A program made the translations under genes and the position numbers. The notes below the pieces were generated by a model. The model was not told where the DNA came from. It did not search any database and saw only the letters and a list, made by a program, of their open reading frames with translations. A stretch of DNA of 64,000 nt from Candidatus Hermodarchaeum yapensis (GTDB taxonomy: Archaea; Asgardarchaeota; Hermodarchaeia; Hermodarchaeales; Hermodarchaeaceae). Positions within the stretch are counted from its first letter, which is position 1. The number at the start of each line of letters is the position of its first letter. The stretch spans positions 1 through 64,000 of the forward strand of contig JAEOSK010000003.1 in assembly GCA_016840405.1 (NCBI GenBank). Reading direction: 5' to 3'. Shown piece by piece: positions 19,819 to 29,159 of the stretch.

Positions 19819-20865
19819 ATGATCATGAATCGGTCGATGTTGAATGCGGTCATTGTTGTGGGGTTATGTTGTCTGCCGTTGGTTCTCATTGGAGTGGTTA
19901 GCTATTCACGTTCGCAAATTACCCCTAATGACCAGTTTTTCACATTACAGATTGGTGATATCCCCCAAATTGATATCTCGAACTGGACACTGGTTATCGA
20001 TGGACAAGTTGACAATCCAATCAATTTCACTTATGCTGAGTTCATTGCATTGCCCAGTGTCTCGATTCGCGCCACATTACAATGCGTGGATGGTCCTTCG
20101 GGAACGGCGATATGGCGAGGTGTCCGCATCAGTGATTTACTATCTTTAGCGCAGGTGAACCAAAGTGGGTTTGACGTCGCCTTTTATGCCGTTGACGGGT
20201 TCTCCTCATCACTCACCTTACAAGAGGTGAGTACAGGAGATGTCCTCTTAGCCTATGAGATGAATGGTGAAACCCTTCCTACGGCGCATGGGTTTCCGGT
20301 CCGTGTTGTGGCGCCAGAGCAGTTTGGCTACAAGTGGGTCAAATGGGTCGATCATATCGAAGTGGTGGATTATGATTTTCGTGGGTTCTGGGAATCGCGA
20401 GGATGGGCTGATGATGCTCGCCTGTCACCAATTTCACATTGGGGACTGCATGCGTTTTTATTTTCCATCTCGTTTGTATTCGGAGCTATCGCTCTGGTGA
20501 CCGGGCTGAAATTTTCACGACGGACGGATTATTTCATCGATTTGCCAGATCTTGTTTCCACGAACTTTCATCGAATTGTTTCTGTCGCATATATTGGAAC
20601 TGTTGGAGTAGTATTCGTTTATTGGGCAATCCAAACGCTACTTCTCAAAGGAGCCTTGCTTTACTCGTTTCATGGTATTGGGGCATTAGTAGTGCTCATC
20701 CTGCATGTGCTGGGTGGAATAACGGGTCGAACCACGAGAATGACTAATCGGTCAAACCGAGATCTTCACTACAAATTGAACTTTGCCGGGTATTTGGTGT
20801 ATACACTTACGATAACAACAGGGTTTCTGTTGGCGTTTGGAGCGAGTTTCATTTACATTTACTAG
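19819..20865 (+). CDS. Molybdopterin-dependent oxidoreductase (sulfite oxidase family) fused to a His-containing 4-TM domain
   Basis: TLQCVDG Mo-ligand Cys, LLAYEMNGE, HGFPVR, GYKWVKW, GFWESRG; C-terminal TMs with several His. Confidence 0.85.
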   Translation: MIMNRSMLNAVIVVGLCCLPLVLIGVVSYSRSQITPNDQFFTLQIGDIPQIDISNWTLVIDGQVDNPINFTYAEFIALPSVSIRATLQCVDGPSGTAIWRGVRISDLLSLAQVNQSGFDVAFYAVDGFSSSLTLQEVSTGDVLLAYEMNGETLPTAHGFPVRVVAPEQFGYKWVKWVDHIEVVDYDFRGFWESRGWADDARLSPISHWGLHAFLFSISFVFGAIALVTGLKFSRRTDYFIDLPDLVSTNFHRIVSVAYIGTVGVVFVYWAIQTLLLKGALLYSFHGIGALVVLILHVLGGITGRTTRMTNRSNRDLHYKLNFAGYLVYTLTITTGFLLAFGASFIYIY

Positions 20866-21495
20866 TTAGTCGAATTCTTTCAGAAGTTTATATCCTTGAA
20901 AAGCAGACCAAAAGATGAGGCCGTAGACAGCAACCTTCTGCATGGCAGCACCCTTAATAATGGGGACATTGAAGATCATTCCAATTAGATATGCGTAGGC
21001 AAGAATGGCGACGATGATTCCAATGATGGCATACAAGTTTTCATAGTCCTTGTTGAGAAGGATAGCAATTGTGTATACGATAATCGCGGACGAAATGAAA
21101 AAGAAAAACGCGTATGTTGAGTAACCGTGGAGGCTTGGAAATACATCCATGGCGAAGATTGCAAGACTTGAAACGAAAACTGCTGCAAGAAAACCAAAGA
21201 TGGTTCCTAGCCAGCTAAGGTAGAATAATCGTTGTGTACCTGTGAATATCGTTCGGATAGCGAACCAGAAGGGGATTGAACAGGCCGCTACTAGTGTACA
21301 GGTGAAAGCAAAGAGAAACCAGTTTTGAGGAGTAGGTACAACATTAGTAACAGCTTGTCCAAGTTGACTGAAGCTGTTAAAGAAGAAGTTGTAGCCGCCA
21401 GGGTAGATGAGCATGATGATGGCGGTGATGATGATGAATTGGATGCCTCCAAAGATGCCAAGGTAGGCTCCGAGTCGTTTCCATGAGATAGCTAT
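20866..21495 (-). CDS. DUF998-like membrane protein
   Basis: YPGGYNFFFNSFSQLG motif; frame extends upstream of ATG 21414 through a further TM helix to ATA codons behind AGGAGG SD. Confidence 0.7.
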   Translation of the reverse strand: MAISWKRLGAYLGIFGGIQFIIITAIIMLIYPGGYNFFFNSFSQLGQAVTNVVPTPQNWFLFAFTCTLVAACSIPFWFAIRTIFTGTQRLFYLSWLGTIFGFLAAVFVSSLAIFAMDVFPSLHGYSTYAFFFFISSAIIVYTIAILLNKDYENLYAIIGIIVAILAYAYLIGMIFNVPIIKGAAMQKVAVYGLIFWSAFQGYKLLKEFD

Positions 21496-21691
21496 AACTA
21501 TCCCTCCTGAAATTCAGTGAGTAATGACAGGGAGTAGTCCTTTGATTGAATGTTTCTTATAAAATACGATGTAACCACCTCTAAAGTTTAGAGATTGACC
21601 AGGATTGGTGAAAGGCTCGGATTGGTGAAAGGAAAGTGCTTTTCATAGGATGGCTTAACTGGAAATATCCATCAGAGGAGTCAAGCAAAAG

Positions 21692-22128
21692 ATGAATCCG
21701 TTGACCGTGTTTCCCTACAAGAATATGCGAATGATTGTAGACCTCATTGCAGAGGGGAGATCGGTGTACGGCAAATTGCTGCAGTAACGGGCATGTGTAG
21801 CTTTGATTCGACTGAAGCCACAGACATGTTAGCATATCTTTCTACATTTGGACGCGTGGAACACACTGATGAGGGATGGGTAATTCACCCTGAGGATGAT
21901 GAATCGGTATATGAGCGATTCCGTACGCGGTACATAGAAACCGCTGAATCAATTCTCAAACAATTATCAACAGAAGCAAAGACCGTGTCAGAGTTATCGA
22001 ACGAGACGAATCTCTCAAACGAAACGATTGATTTGTTTTTACCATTCTTAGCTGAAATCTCGATACTTGGTGTTATAAGCCGATGTTCCACGGATTGGCC
22101 AATAACTTGGTGTCAGGCTTCTTCATGA
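21692..22128 (+). pseudogene. Double winged-helix-like protein, apparently frameshifted in a G run (or a sequencing error)
   Basis: ATG 21692 (GAGGAG SD) frame MNPLTVFPYKNMRMIVDLIAEG joins EIGVRQIAAVTGM... if one G is added at 21753-21756; second HTH-like KTVSELSNETNLS. Confidence 0.5.
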
Positions 22129-22847
22129 AGAAGCGTATTTAGTTGAGGTAGGATAACCCCAGCTTTTTCTTTGAGATGCACATCGGCAATCGGTGTTAAT
22201 GGTGTGGCTTCAACGTTAACTTCGAGAACGTGCCCTCCGGCGCGTTTCACGATGAAAGGAAAAGAAGCTGAGGGTTGAATGAGGGCAGAGGTGCCAATTA
22301 CGATAATCGTATCTGCTTGTTCGAGCTGAGAAAAGACTTCATTCATTATTGTGGAGGGTAGGCTTTCACCGAACCACACCACATCTGGTCGTAGATTTGC
22401 TCCACAATCAGCACAGGTCGGAATGCCGATTGCGGGTTCTGAGAGGTGTGTTCGGTATGAACAAGCAGTGCATTTGACTCGCCAAATATCTCCATGGACT
22501 TCCAAGACTTTTCCAGATCCTGCTTGTCGGTGTAAACCATCAACATTTTGCGTAATCACAGCTTTGAGAATGCCCCGTTTTTCCCACTCAGCTAGGGTTA
22601 AGTGAGCAGGATTAGGTTGGCATTTGGAGATGAGGTTTTGTCGCCAGGTGTACCACTCCCAGACGAGTTTGGGGTTTTGAGCAAATGCCTGAGGGGTTGC
22701 TAAGTCCATGGCATTGTATTGACGCCAGAGACCATCCTTTCCTCGGAAGGTGGGGACATTGGATTCTTTAGAGATTCCTGCACCGGTTAAAGCGATGAGA
22801 TGATTTGCGTTTCTGATGAAGCTCGTAGCTGAGGAGAGTAAATCCAT
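22113..22847 (-). CDS. cobB: NAD-dependent protein deacylase (sirtuin)
   Basis: TGAGISKESNVPTFRG, TQNVDGLH, HG, two CxxC, RPDVVWFGE, GTS. Confidence 0.95.
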   Translation of the reverse strand: MDLLSSATSFIRNANHLIALTGAGISKESNVPTFRGKDGLWRQYNAMDLATPQAFAQNPKLVWEWYTWRQNLISKCQPNPAHLTLAEWEKRGILKAVITQNVDGLHRQAGSGKVLEVHGDIWRVKCTACSYRTHLSEPAIGIPTCADCGANLRPDVVWFGESLPSTIMNEVFSQLEQADTIIVIGTSALIQPSASFPFIVKRAGGHVLEVNVEATPLTPIADVHLKEKAGVILPQLNTLLHEEA

Positions 22848-23002
22848 GGTTGAGAAAAACTCCTATGCGTAGATGGAAGATTTAAGAAATCATGTAAAAG
22901 GACCGTATAAATAAATGGGAAATATCTGTCTCCGAAATCAGTAGGATAGAGTTTATCTTTTATACTGAACTATGTGCATACCCAGTCCAAGGTGTACGTT
23001 GA

Positions 23003-23557
23003 ATGACTGAGGAACGGACTTCTTTTGTTGCACGAGTGTTTGATGTCATATTCGGAGTAATATCAATTGGATTAGCAACCACGGTGTTCTGGCTCCCACA
23101 ATCTTACATCACATTGATGATTATCCTCTTAGGCCCCGCAGTTTTCTTCTTGGGTATTTCTCGGATAATTTATGGGTATCGTGAGAACCGCTTGCCATCT
23201 AGGCTGCGTATCCTCAACTTCATCTGTGGCTTTGTCTTAATGATTTTCTCCGTACTAGTCATGATTTCTAATTACTTGGGAGGAATATATTGGATTCTTA
23301 TCCTCGCCATCGGTTTGATGGTGTTCGGTCTTAACACTTTATTAACTGGGCAACTTTCACCGGTACGAGCTACCTGGTTCCGAATAATGGAAATTGTCGA
23401 CGGCGCTGCTTTAGTCGTCTTGGGAGTGGTTGTAGCGATTTTTTCCCAATTAGGTGCAATAAGGCTCTTGTACATTCTAGCCATTGGAATAGCCTATGCT
23501 GGGATTTACCTCATTATCGTCGGAATTATAGGTCGCCAAATCTTTATAACGAACTGA
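23003..23557 (+). CDS. DUF308/HdeD-like membrane protein
   Basis: Six short TM helices in repeated pairs. Confidence 0.6.
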   Translation: MTEERTSFVARVFDVIFGVISIGLATTVFWLPQSYITLMIILLGPAVFFLGISRIIYGYRENRLPSRLRILNFICGFVLMIFSVLVMISNYLGGIYWILILAIGLMVFGLNTLLTGQLSPVRATWFRIMEIVDGAALVVLGVVVAIFSQLGAIRLLYILAIGIAYAGIYLIIVGIIGRQIFITN

Positions 23558-23595
23558 TTCACCGAAAGGAACGTTGCAACCACCGGTGATAGAAT

Positions 23596-24159
23596 ATGTC
23601 TGAATCGTCGCGCTGGTCGTGGTCCTGGGGTCCACGCTTTGCCATTATATTCTTACCAAATATCCTCTATTTTGTAATTCTCGGTATTGGTTTAGTTCTA
23701 ACTCGGTATCTTACTCCCCTCATTCCCTGGCAATTATTACCCATTGTAATTTATCCATACCCATGGATATGGCGCTACATTGAACTCTTTGCGGGAATGA
23801 TACTTCTGATTTTAGCGGTTATGTTCATTGTTTGGGGCGTTACTTCGATGGGAAGAAAACGGGCGCAGGGAGAGGAAATTAATCTAAGTCGGCGATCCTC
23901 GCAGTTGGTGACAACAGGTGCATATTCGTATTGTCGTCACCCCCAAACCCTAGGATTCATTCTTGCTACTCCAGCAATTGCTTTGTTATTCGACTTTGTT
24001 CCACTCCTTATTGTTGCCATAGTTTTCACACCGCTTCAGCTAGCGTTGCTGGGTTACGAGGAAATTGAGTTGTTACGGCGGTTTGGTGATTCTTATGGTA
24101 AATATCGTGAAGCGGTTCCCTTTCTTATTCCTCGGGGAAAACGTGTTGTGACCTCGTAG
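23596..24159 (+). CDS. Isoprenylcysteine carboxyl methyltransferase / PEMT family membrane methyltransferase
   Basis: LVTTGAYSYCRHPQ and EEIELLRRFGDSYGKYREAVP motifs. Confidence 0.85.
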   Translation: MSESSRWSWSWGPRFAIIFLPNILYFVILGIGLVLTRYLTPLIPWQLLPIVIYPYPWIWRYIELFAGMILLILAVMFIVWGVTSMGRKRAQGEEINLSRRSSQLVTTGAYSYCRHPQTLGFILATPAIALLFDFVPLLIVAIVFTPLQLALLGYEEIELLRRFGDSYGKYREAVPFLIPRGKRVVTS

Positions 24160-24242
24160 TGAAATTGGCTCCAGAAAAACTAGATGTTGTTATCCGACCA
24201 AGATTAACTACTTAGCTAGCTTACGAATAGGGGACGAAATGG

Positions 24243-25853
24243 TTATTCAATGCGCCAGTGGCGTATTGATACAAATAAGAACACTGCGAGTAGGACAAAA
24301 ATCGCCAGAACTAGAATTGCAGGAGCAAGCCAGGGATTAAAGACGGTGGGAGGCACGAGAGTAACAGAAACGGAGACGATGTTACTCCAAGGCCCTGAAT
24401 TACTGTTATTATCAAAGGCACGAACTCGGAAGTAGTAAGTGCCAATTTGGGGATTGGTAACAGCTACACTTGTTTGATTGATCCTCCAGGTTATCATGGG
24501 TCGTTCGAAGAGAGACGTTGTGTCCATTTGAAGTTCATAATCTGCAATGTTTCCATCAGGATCAATGGCAATGGTCCACGGTACAACAAAGGACCCATAG
24601 GGATTGAGGTAAATAATGTCTAATATTGCCACAGGACCGGATGAACCTTTTCCATCGAAACTGAACTTACAGGCAAACCCATTCGTAGATTCTGTTAACC
24701 ACTCCGAAGTGGTTCCGGAGAAGAAGAGCCCCTCAAGGGATGCACTAAACCCAAAGGGTTGACAATTATCTGCTCCACCCCACATTCGTTTCCAAGCAAG
24801 ATCACCCGTGCTGTTGAACTTGTTAAGACTTGCCTGGAAGCCAGAAATTGGGTGTTCCAGTTCACCCCCAACAAAAATGCTGTCTGCTGTGACATGGATC
24901 CCTATCCCTTCTTCATTGATTCCCGTTTCATCAAATTGCTCCCAAAGCAGGCTTCCAGTACTGTTGTATTTTTGTAAAAAAAGTTCTTTGGGACCTAATG
25001 CGCTAGAATTTTGTATTGATCCAGTGACGAAGATATCGTCATTGAAAACTGTCACCCCTCGGGCGATATCGGAATATTCTCCACCCCAAGTTGTATTCCA
25101 CAGTTGGGTGCCACTGAAGGAATACTTTGTCAAAAAGGCGCTAGAATTGGATCCGTCCCATTGATTTCCCGCATCACCCACAAGATAGACGCCGTCGGAG
25201 CCGACTGCGACTCCAAATGCGCGGTTAACTGAGGTATTCTGCCAGCTTTCTGTCCAGACTTCGTTCCCCTCGAAGTTAAATTTGACCAGAAGAGCATCAA
25301 CATCGTTTTCTGTATTCCTTCGGATTCCGCCAGCGTAGATGCCATCTGCACCAACACTGACGCAGGTAAACCATTCTTCTGGAAAGTTTCCATATGAAGA
25401 ATTCCAGATTTCATTACCATTATAATCAAGGTTGACTAGCAAGCCATTCGTTCCATATGGACCTGTTGTCGTCATGCCGGCAAGGTAGATGCTCCCTGCT
25501 CCGGCGCTGAGAGCATAGGCTGAATCGTTATAGGAATACGCCCAAGTCTGATTCCAAATGTACTCTCCTTCTGGCGTGTATTTCACCAAAAGGACGTTAT
25601 GTGCGCTACTGCCAAGAGTTGAAGTTGATCCTGCAACAAAAACTGCTTGAGTTGTAACAGCTATCGCGTTGAAACCATCATTTCGGGGTTGCATCCACAG
25701 TATGCCCCAAACATCTCCATTGCTCAACACCTCGGCACTAACTAGAGTTGGGTTAGAAGGCAAATAGCACAAAGACACGACCAGCCCTAACAATATCAGC
25801 GAGAATACTAGTGCATTTATCCCGCGAGGTTTCATGGCCACCAAGACACCCAA
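24243..25853 (-). CDS. Surface protein: signal peptide, beta-propeller (SBBP-like) repeats, Fn3-like domain, C-terminal TM anchor
   Basis: Repeated LVKY/F-xxxG-xxxW units; YYFRVRAFD...GPWS Fn3 motif; C-terminal hydrophobic helix. Confidence 0.8.
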   Translation of the reverse strand: MGVLVAMKPRGINALVFSLILLGLVVSLCYLPSNPTLVSAEVLSNGDVWGILWMQPRNDGFNAIAVTTQAVFVAGSTSTLGSSAHNVLLVKYTPEGEYIWNQTWAYSYNDSAYALSAGAGSIYLAGMTTTGPYGTNGLLVNLDYNGNEIWNSSYGNFPEEWFTCVSVGADGIYAGGIRRNTENDVDALLVKFNFEGNEVWTESWQNTSVNRAFGVAVGSDGVYLVGDAGNQWDGSNSSAFLTKYSFSGTQLWNTTWGGEYSDIARGVTVFNDDIFVTGSIQNSSALGPKELFLQKYNSTGSLLWEQFDETGINEEGIGIHVTADSIFVGGELEHPISGFQASLNKFNSTGDLAWKRMWGGADNCQPFGFSASLEGLFFSGTTSEWLTESTNGFACKFSFDGKGSSGPVAILDIIYLNPYGSFVVPWTIAIDPDGNIADYELQMDTTSLFERPMITWRINQTSVAVTNPQIGTYYFRVRAFDNNSNSGPWSNIVSVSVTLVPPTVFNPWLAPAILVLAIFVLLAVFLFVSIRHWRIE

Positions 25854-25921
25854 CCAATTACTTTGAATACCGTATACTTCAAGTATATGAGGCTTCGTTT
25901 CAGGGCAGGATTTGTGGTAAA

Positions 25922-26362
25922 CTATTCATCCATCGCTTTTCGGATTTTCTTCGCTTGGTCTTCTAGTTCGTTTGTAGGAGGAGTTTGCCCATAATCTGGA
26001 CCCGCCTTAATACGTATTCCATCCCCAACGAAGCGAGGAATCACATGAATATGAATATGCGGAATTTCTTGAAAGGCTGCTTTTCCATCAGCAAGCCAGA
26101 CATTAATACCCTCACACTTTAGTCCTGATTTTCGCAGAGCTGCAGCAATCCTTCCGGCTACTTGAAATTGCCGCCCTGCTAACATCGAATCTAATTCGCT
26201 CAGACTCGCAACATGAGCTTTAGGAATCACAAGAGTATGGCCCGGGTTAATGGGACGAATATCCAGAAAGGCGAGGATTTCGTTGTCTTCATAGACGACA
26301 TGAGCGGTGAGTTTCTTTGCAACAATGTTGCAGAAGATACAATCAGTGGATTGATTACTCAT
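25922..26362 (-). CDS. HIT family hydrolase
   Basis: CIFC, AFLDIRP, GHTLVIPK and HIHIHVIPR motifs. Confidence 0.93.
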   Translation of the reverse strand: MSNQSTDCIFCNIVAKKLTAHVVYEDNEILAFLDIRPINPGHTLVIPKAHVASLSELDSMLAGRQFQVAGRIAAALRKSGLKCEGINVWLADGKAAFQEIPHIHIHVIPRFVGDGIRIKAGPDYGQTPPTNELEDQAKKIRKAMDE

Positions 26363-26419
26363 ACCCTTACTTCCCAGTATTCTTTCATAAGTCGTACGTT
26401 TTGAACCGAATTTAGTGCG

Positions 26420-28996
26420 TTAATCAGAACGAGCTTGGTTAAGGACTTTAAAGATCTGTTCTGAGTTGATAATTTTTTCACTTTCAACTTTGAATTCCAC
26501 AGGATGAACGAGAATTGCATTTGTTTGATCGCCACCTATTCCACCGTGATTACCGATGAGTTCTTCGAAGGCTGCCACTGAACCATCTTCATACACAGGA
26601 CTCATAAGAATGAGTTCACCACTACTAGGAAAGTTAGCAAGGCGAAGTAATTGTTGTCTTCGAACTTCTTCGTTTCCATAAGGTGTGAGAGGGTTCTGCC
26701 CCTTGATTTTTCCCGTCCTCAACTCTATTGCACCCTCCCCACTAAGAAGGACCGGTCCAAGTTTTTCATCCATGACAATGGCAAAGCCAATGCCCTGATG
26801 AGCAACGAGTTTTGATATGAAGCCAGGAAATTGAGTTTCAAGATTTTGCAATGTTTCACGTTTTTCTGTTGTTGTGAAATAGATCTGAGCAAGATTCCCT
26901 GAAGCACATACGAGGACATCTTTTGCTTCTACTTCTTTGTCTAGGGGAGCTTCATCTTTTTTACTAGCCTGCCGGTGGAAATATTTCAGTACTCCATGTT
27001 CTTTTTTCTCTTTTTTCGCTGCAGCTCGACCGGCATTCATGTCATCGACGAGTCCTGCAACGTAACCTCGATGGGCATCAAGGGCTTCCATTTCGCCTAC
27101 CGAGGCTTTGCCTTCGAGAAGCTCTGTGATGAGATCTTTGAGTGAAATGTTGTATCGTTGCTTGAAGGTCCAACCAGCAGACTGACCATGATCTGAAAGA
27201 ATGAACAGATGGTAAGGCCTGGGTGCGTAGTATTCAATAACGTGTAGAATTCGTCGTATTTGCTTATCCAGACCATGGAGGGCTTTGAGGGCATCTGAAG
27301 TCAATGGACCGGAGTGATGTGCAATTTCATCGTAACCTAAATAGGTCACGTAAATTGCAGGTGATCCGCGAAGAATGTCTTGAATTACCATTGATGTGGC
27401 GACATCACGCATGAAGATGTTAGTTGCGGCACGAACAATAGGATAGGCATGCGAGAGTCGGTTCATTCGTGGTTTTCTACGTGTGATGGTTTGTTTGATG
27501 ATTTGTCCAATTTCGACAAATATATCCCAGATCGTGAAGATGATGCTACGATTCATGGCATAGGGATCGAGTAGATAGTAATAGAGGTCCTGGCTTCTAC
27601 GTCGCCCTGCCTCTTCATCTTCTTGGGTAAGGGTTGACATCGTGAAAAAGGAATACGAGGCATCACCGCTGATGAGATTGCTTACACTTGAGCCGCCGTT
27701 ACGGAGAATGCCTTGACCGGAAGAGGCTCGCTGGTCGATTTCTTGAGCGTTTTTGGGGTTGTTGGAGACCATCATACGTTTTTCAGGTTTTAGATACCAA
27801 CGAAAGGCGGGGATGTCATTATTATTTCCATGCATGATACCAGCTTGGCACGATGAAGTCATGGAAGGAATTCCACAATCCCAGTGTGTGAGTATGTGAC
27901 TTCCACGTTTTAGCAATCCTTGAAGCGTAGGCATGTATTCGCGTTTTAACGCCTTTTGAATGGCTGTGTAACTAAGACCATCAATTTCCACTGCGACTAA
28001 GGCATGAGTTTGAGGGATATCAATTGTTGCCATTTCTTCCCGGATTTGTTTGGCGACATAATCATTGAAGAAAGAGATATCATCATCAAGACCTACGATA
28101 TTCACGACAAGGGCATTAACAGCTGCTAGAATGAGTCCAGCGGCTAAAGCGGCAATTAAATTGACCACATAGAATCCTGGGAGGATACGGGGTAGTTGCC
28201 ATAATATGATGCCATTAATGAGGAACATGAAAACGAATGAAATGATAAACCCCAGCCACCAGCGGGCAATTAATGAAACGAGTTTAGTGAACAGGGGACG
28301 AATTAACACGTTGATAACCGCAATTATTGCGACTGCGATGTAAACTACCCCGAGCATCGTAAGTAGATCACTTGTAACAAAACCCATTCCAGCATACAAG
28401 AAGGTGGTAACTAGTAAGCAGAGCGCATCTATGTTCCAGATGAGGATAAAACGCCCCATTCTAATATTGTATCGCGGTTGCTCCTCCAGTTGCCAAATCA
28501 GAAAAGCTCCAACGAAAAAGATGTTGATTGCCAGGATTCCGAAAAATAGGCTTAAAGCTAAATCTAGGAGGTTAAGAGGACCAATCGGCTGAAAGGGGAA
28601 AAGAACTCTGTAAACATAGCTAACTATTCCTCCAGTGATAGCGAAAACGGACACAGCCACTCCTAAAGTGATGGCCCAGGGTTTCTTGTACGCGGTTCCT
28701 AATGCAACTATCATTCCAACCAACGAAACGGTTGTTAGGATAGCACCCAACAGAGTAAAGCCATTGACAATGAAGGGAACGGTGAGCCCTACATTAATGA
28801 TTTCATTGATAATCTCAACATAGAGAGAGGGATCATTCGCATGTGCATAATTTAGGATTTCATTAAAAAGCGATGAAAGACCTGAGATAAATACTCCCAA
28901 CATCGCAAACCCGAACATCATTACAAAGTCGATGCCTGCAAAAATTCGTACAATTCGGGGCGCTCGAATAACTTCATGCACTTTTTTATCAGGCAG
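26420..28996 (-). CDS. Membrane protein: extra TM region, 4-TMS holin-like domain and alkaline-phosphatase-superfamily (type I phosphodiesterase) domain
   Basis: NVLIRP holin-IV-like motif; EIDGL, SMTSSCQAGI, GYDEIAHHSG, SDHGQ and HGGIGG; probable CTG start at 28996 (GTG at 28981 is the alternative). Confidence 0.8.
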   Translation of the reverse strand: MPDKKVHEVIRAPRIVRIFAGIDFVMMFGFAMLGVFISGLSSLFNEILNYAHANDPSLYVEIINEIINVGLTVPFIVNGFTLLGAILTTVSLVGMIVALGTAYKKPWAITLGVAVSVFAITGGIVSYVYRVLFPFQPIGPLNLLDLALSLFFGILAINIFFVGAFLIWQLEEQPRYNIRMGRFILIWNIDALCLLVTTFLYAGMGFVTSDLLTMLGVVYIAVAIIAVINVLIRPLFTKLVSLIARWWLGFIISFVFMFLINGIILWQLPRILPGFYVVNLIAALAAGLILAAVNALVVNIVGLDDDISFFNDYVAKQIREEMATIDIPQTHALVAVEIDGLSYTAIQKALKREYMPTLQGLLKRGSHILTHWDCGIPSMTSSCQAGIMHGNNNDIPAFRWYLKPEKRMMVSNNPKNAQEIDQRASSGQGILRNGGSSVSNLISGDASYSFFTMSTLTQEDEEAGRRRSQDLYYYLLDPYAMNRSIIFTIWDIFVEIGQIIKQTITRRKPRMNRLSHAYPIVRAATNIFMRDVATSMVIQDILRGSPAIYVTYLGYDEIAHHSGPLTSDALKALHGLDKQIRRILHVIEYYAPRPYHLFILSDHGQSAGWTFKQRYNISLKDLITELLEGKASVGEMEALDAHRGYVAGLVDDMNAGRAAAKKEKKEHGVLKYFHRQASKKDEAPLDKEVEAKDVLVCASGNLAQIYFTTTEKRETLQNLETQFPGFISKLVAHQGIGFAIVMDEKLGPVLLSGEGAIELRTGKIKGQNPLTPYGNEEVRRQQLLRLANFPSSGELILMSPVYEDGSVAAFEELIGNHGGIGGDQTNAILVHPVEFKVESEKIINSEQIFKVLNQARSD

Positions 28997-29159
28997 TTAA
29001 CACACCTCATGTCCAGTTTGCAGTGTAAATCTTAAGAGTGCGTTTCTTCCTTTTATTTCATTTTCCGCCCTAAGAAATGAGATTTTCTTGTGAATCTGCG
29101 AAAGCTATTTGTGGAGAATGCTCTGACTTGCATCAGGTTTTGTGTTTGGTGAGTCGAGT

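Noticed and set aside
26420-28996. Holin-like domain as evidence of a provirus
   Set aside because: The holin-IV plus phosphodiesterase fusion is a cellular architecture; no viral genes nearby
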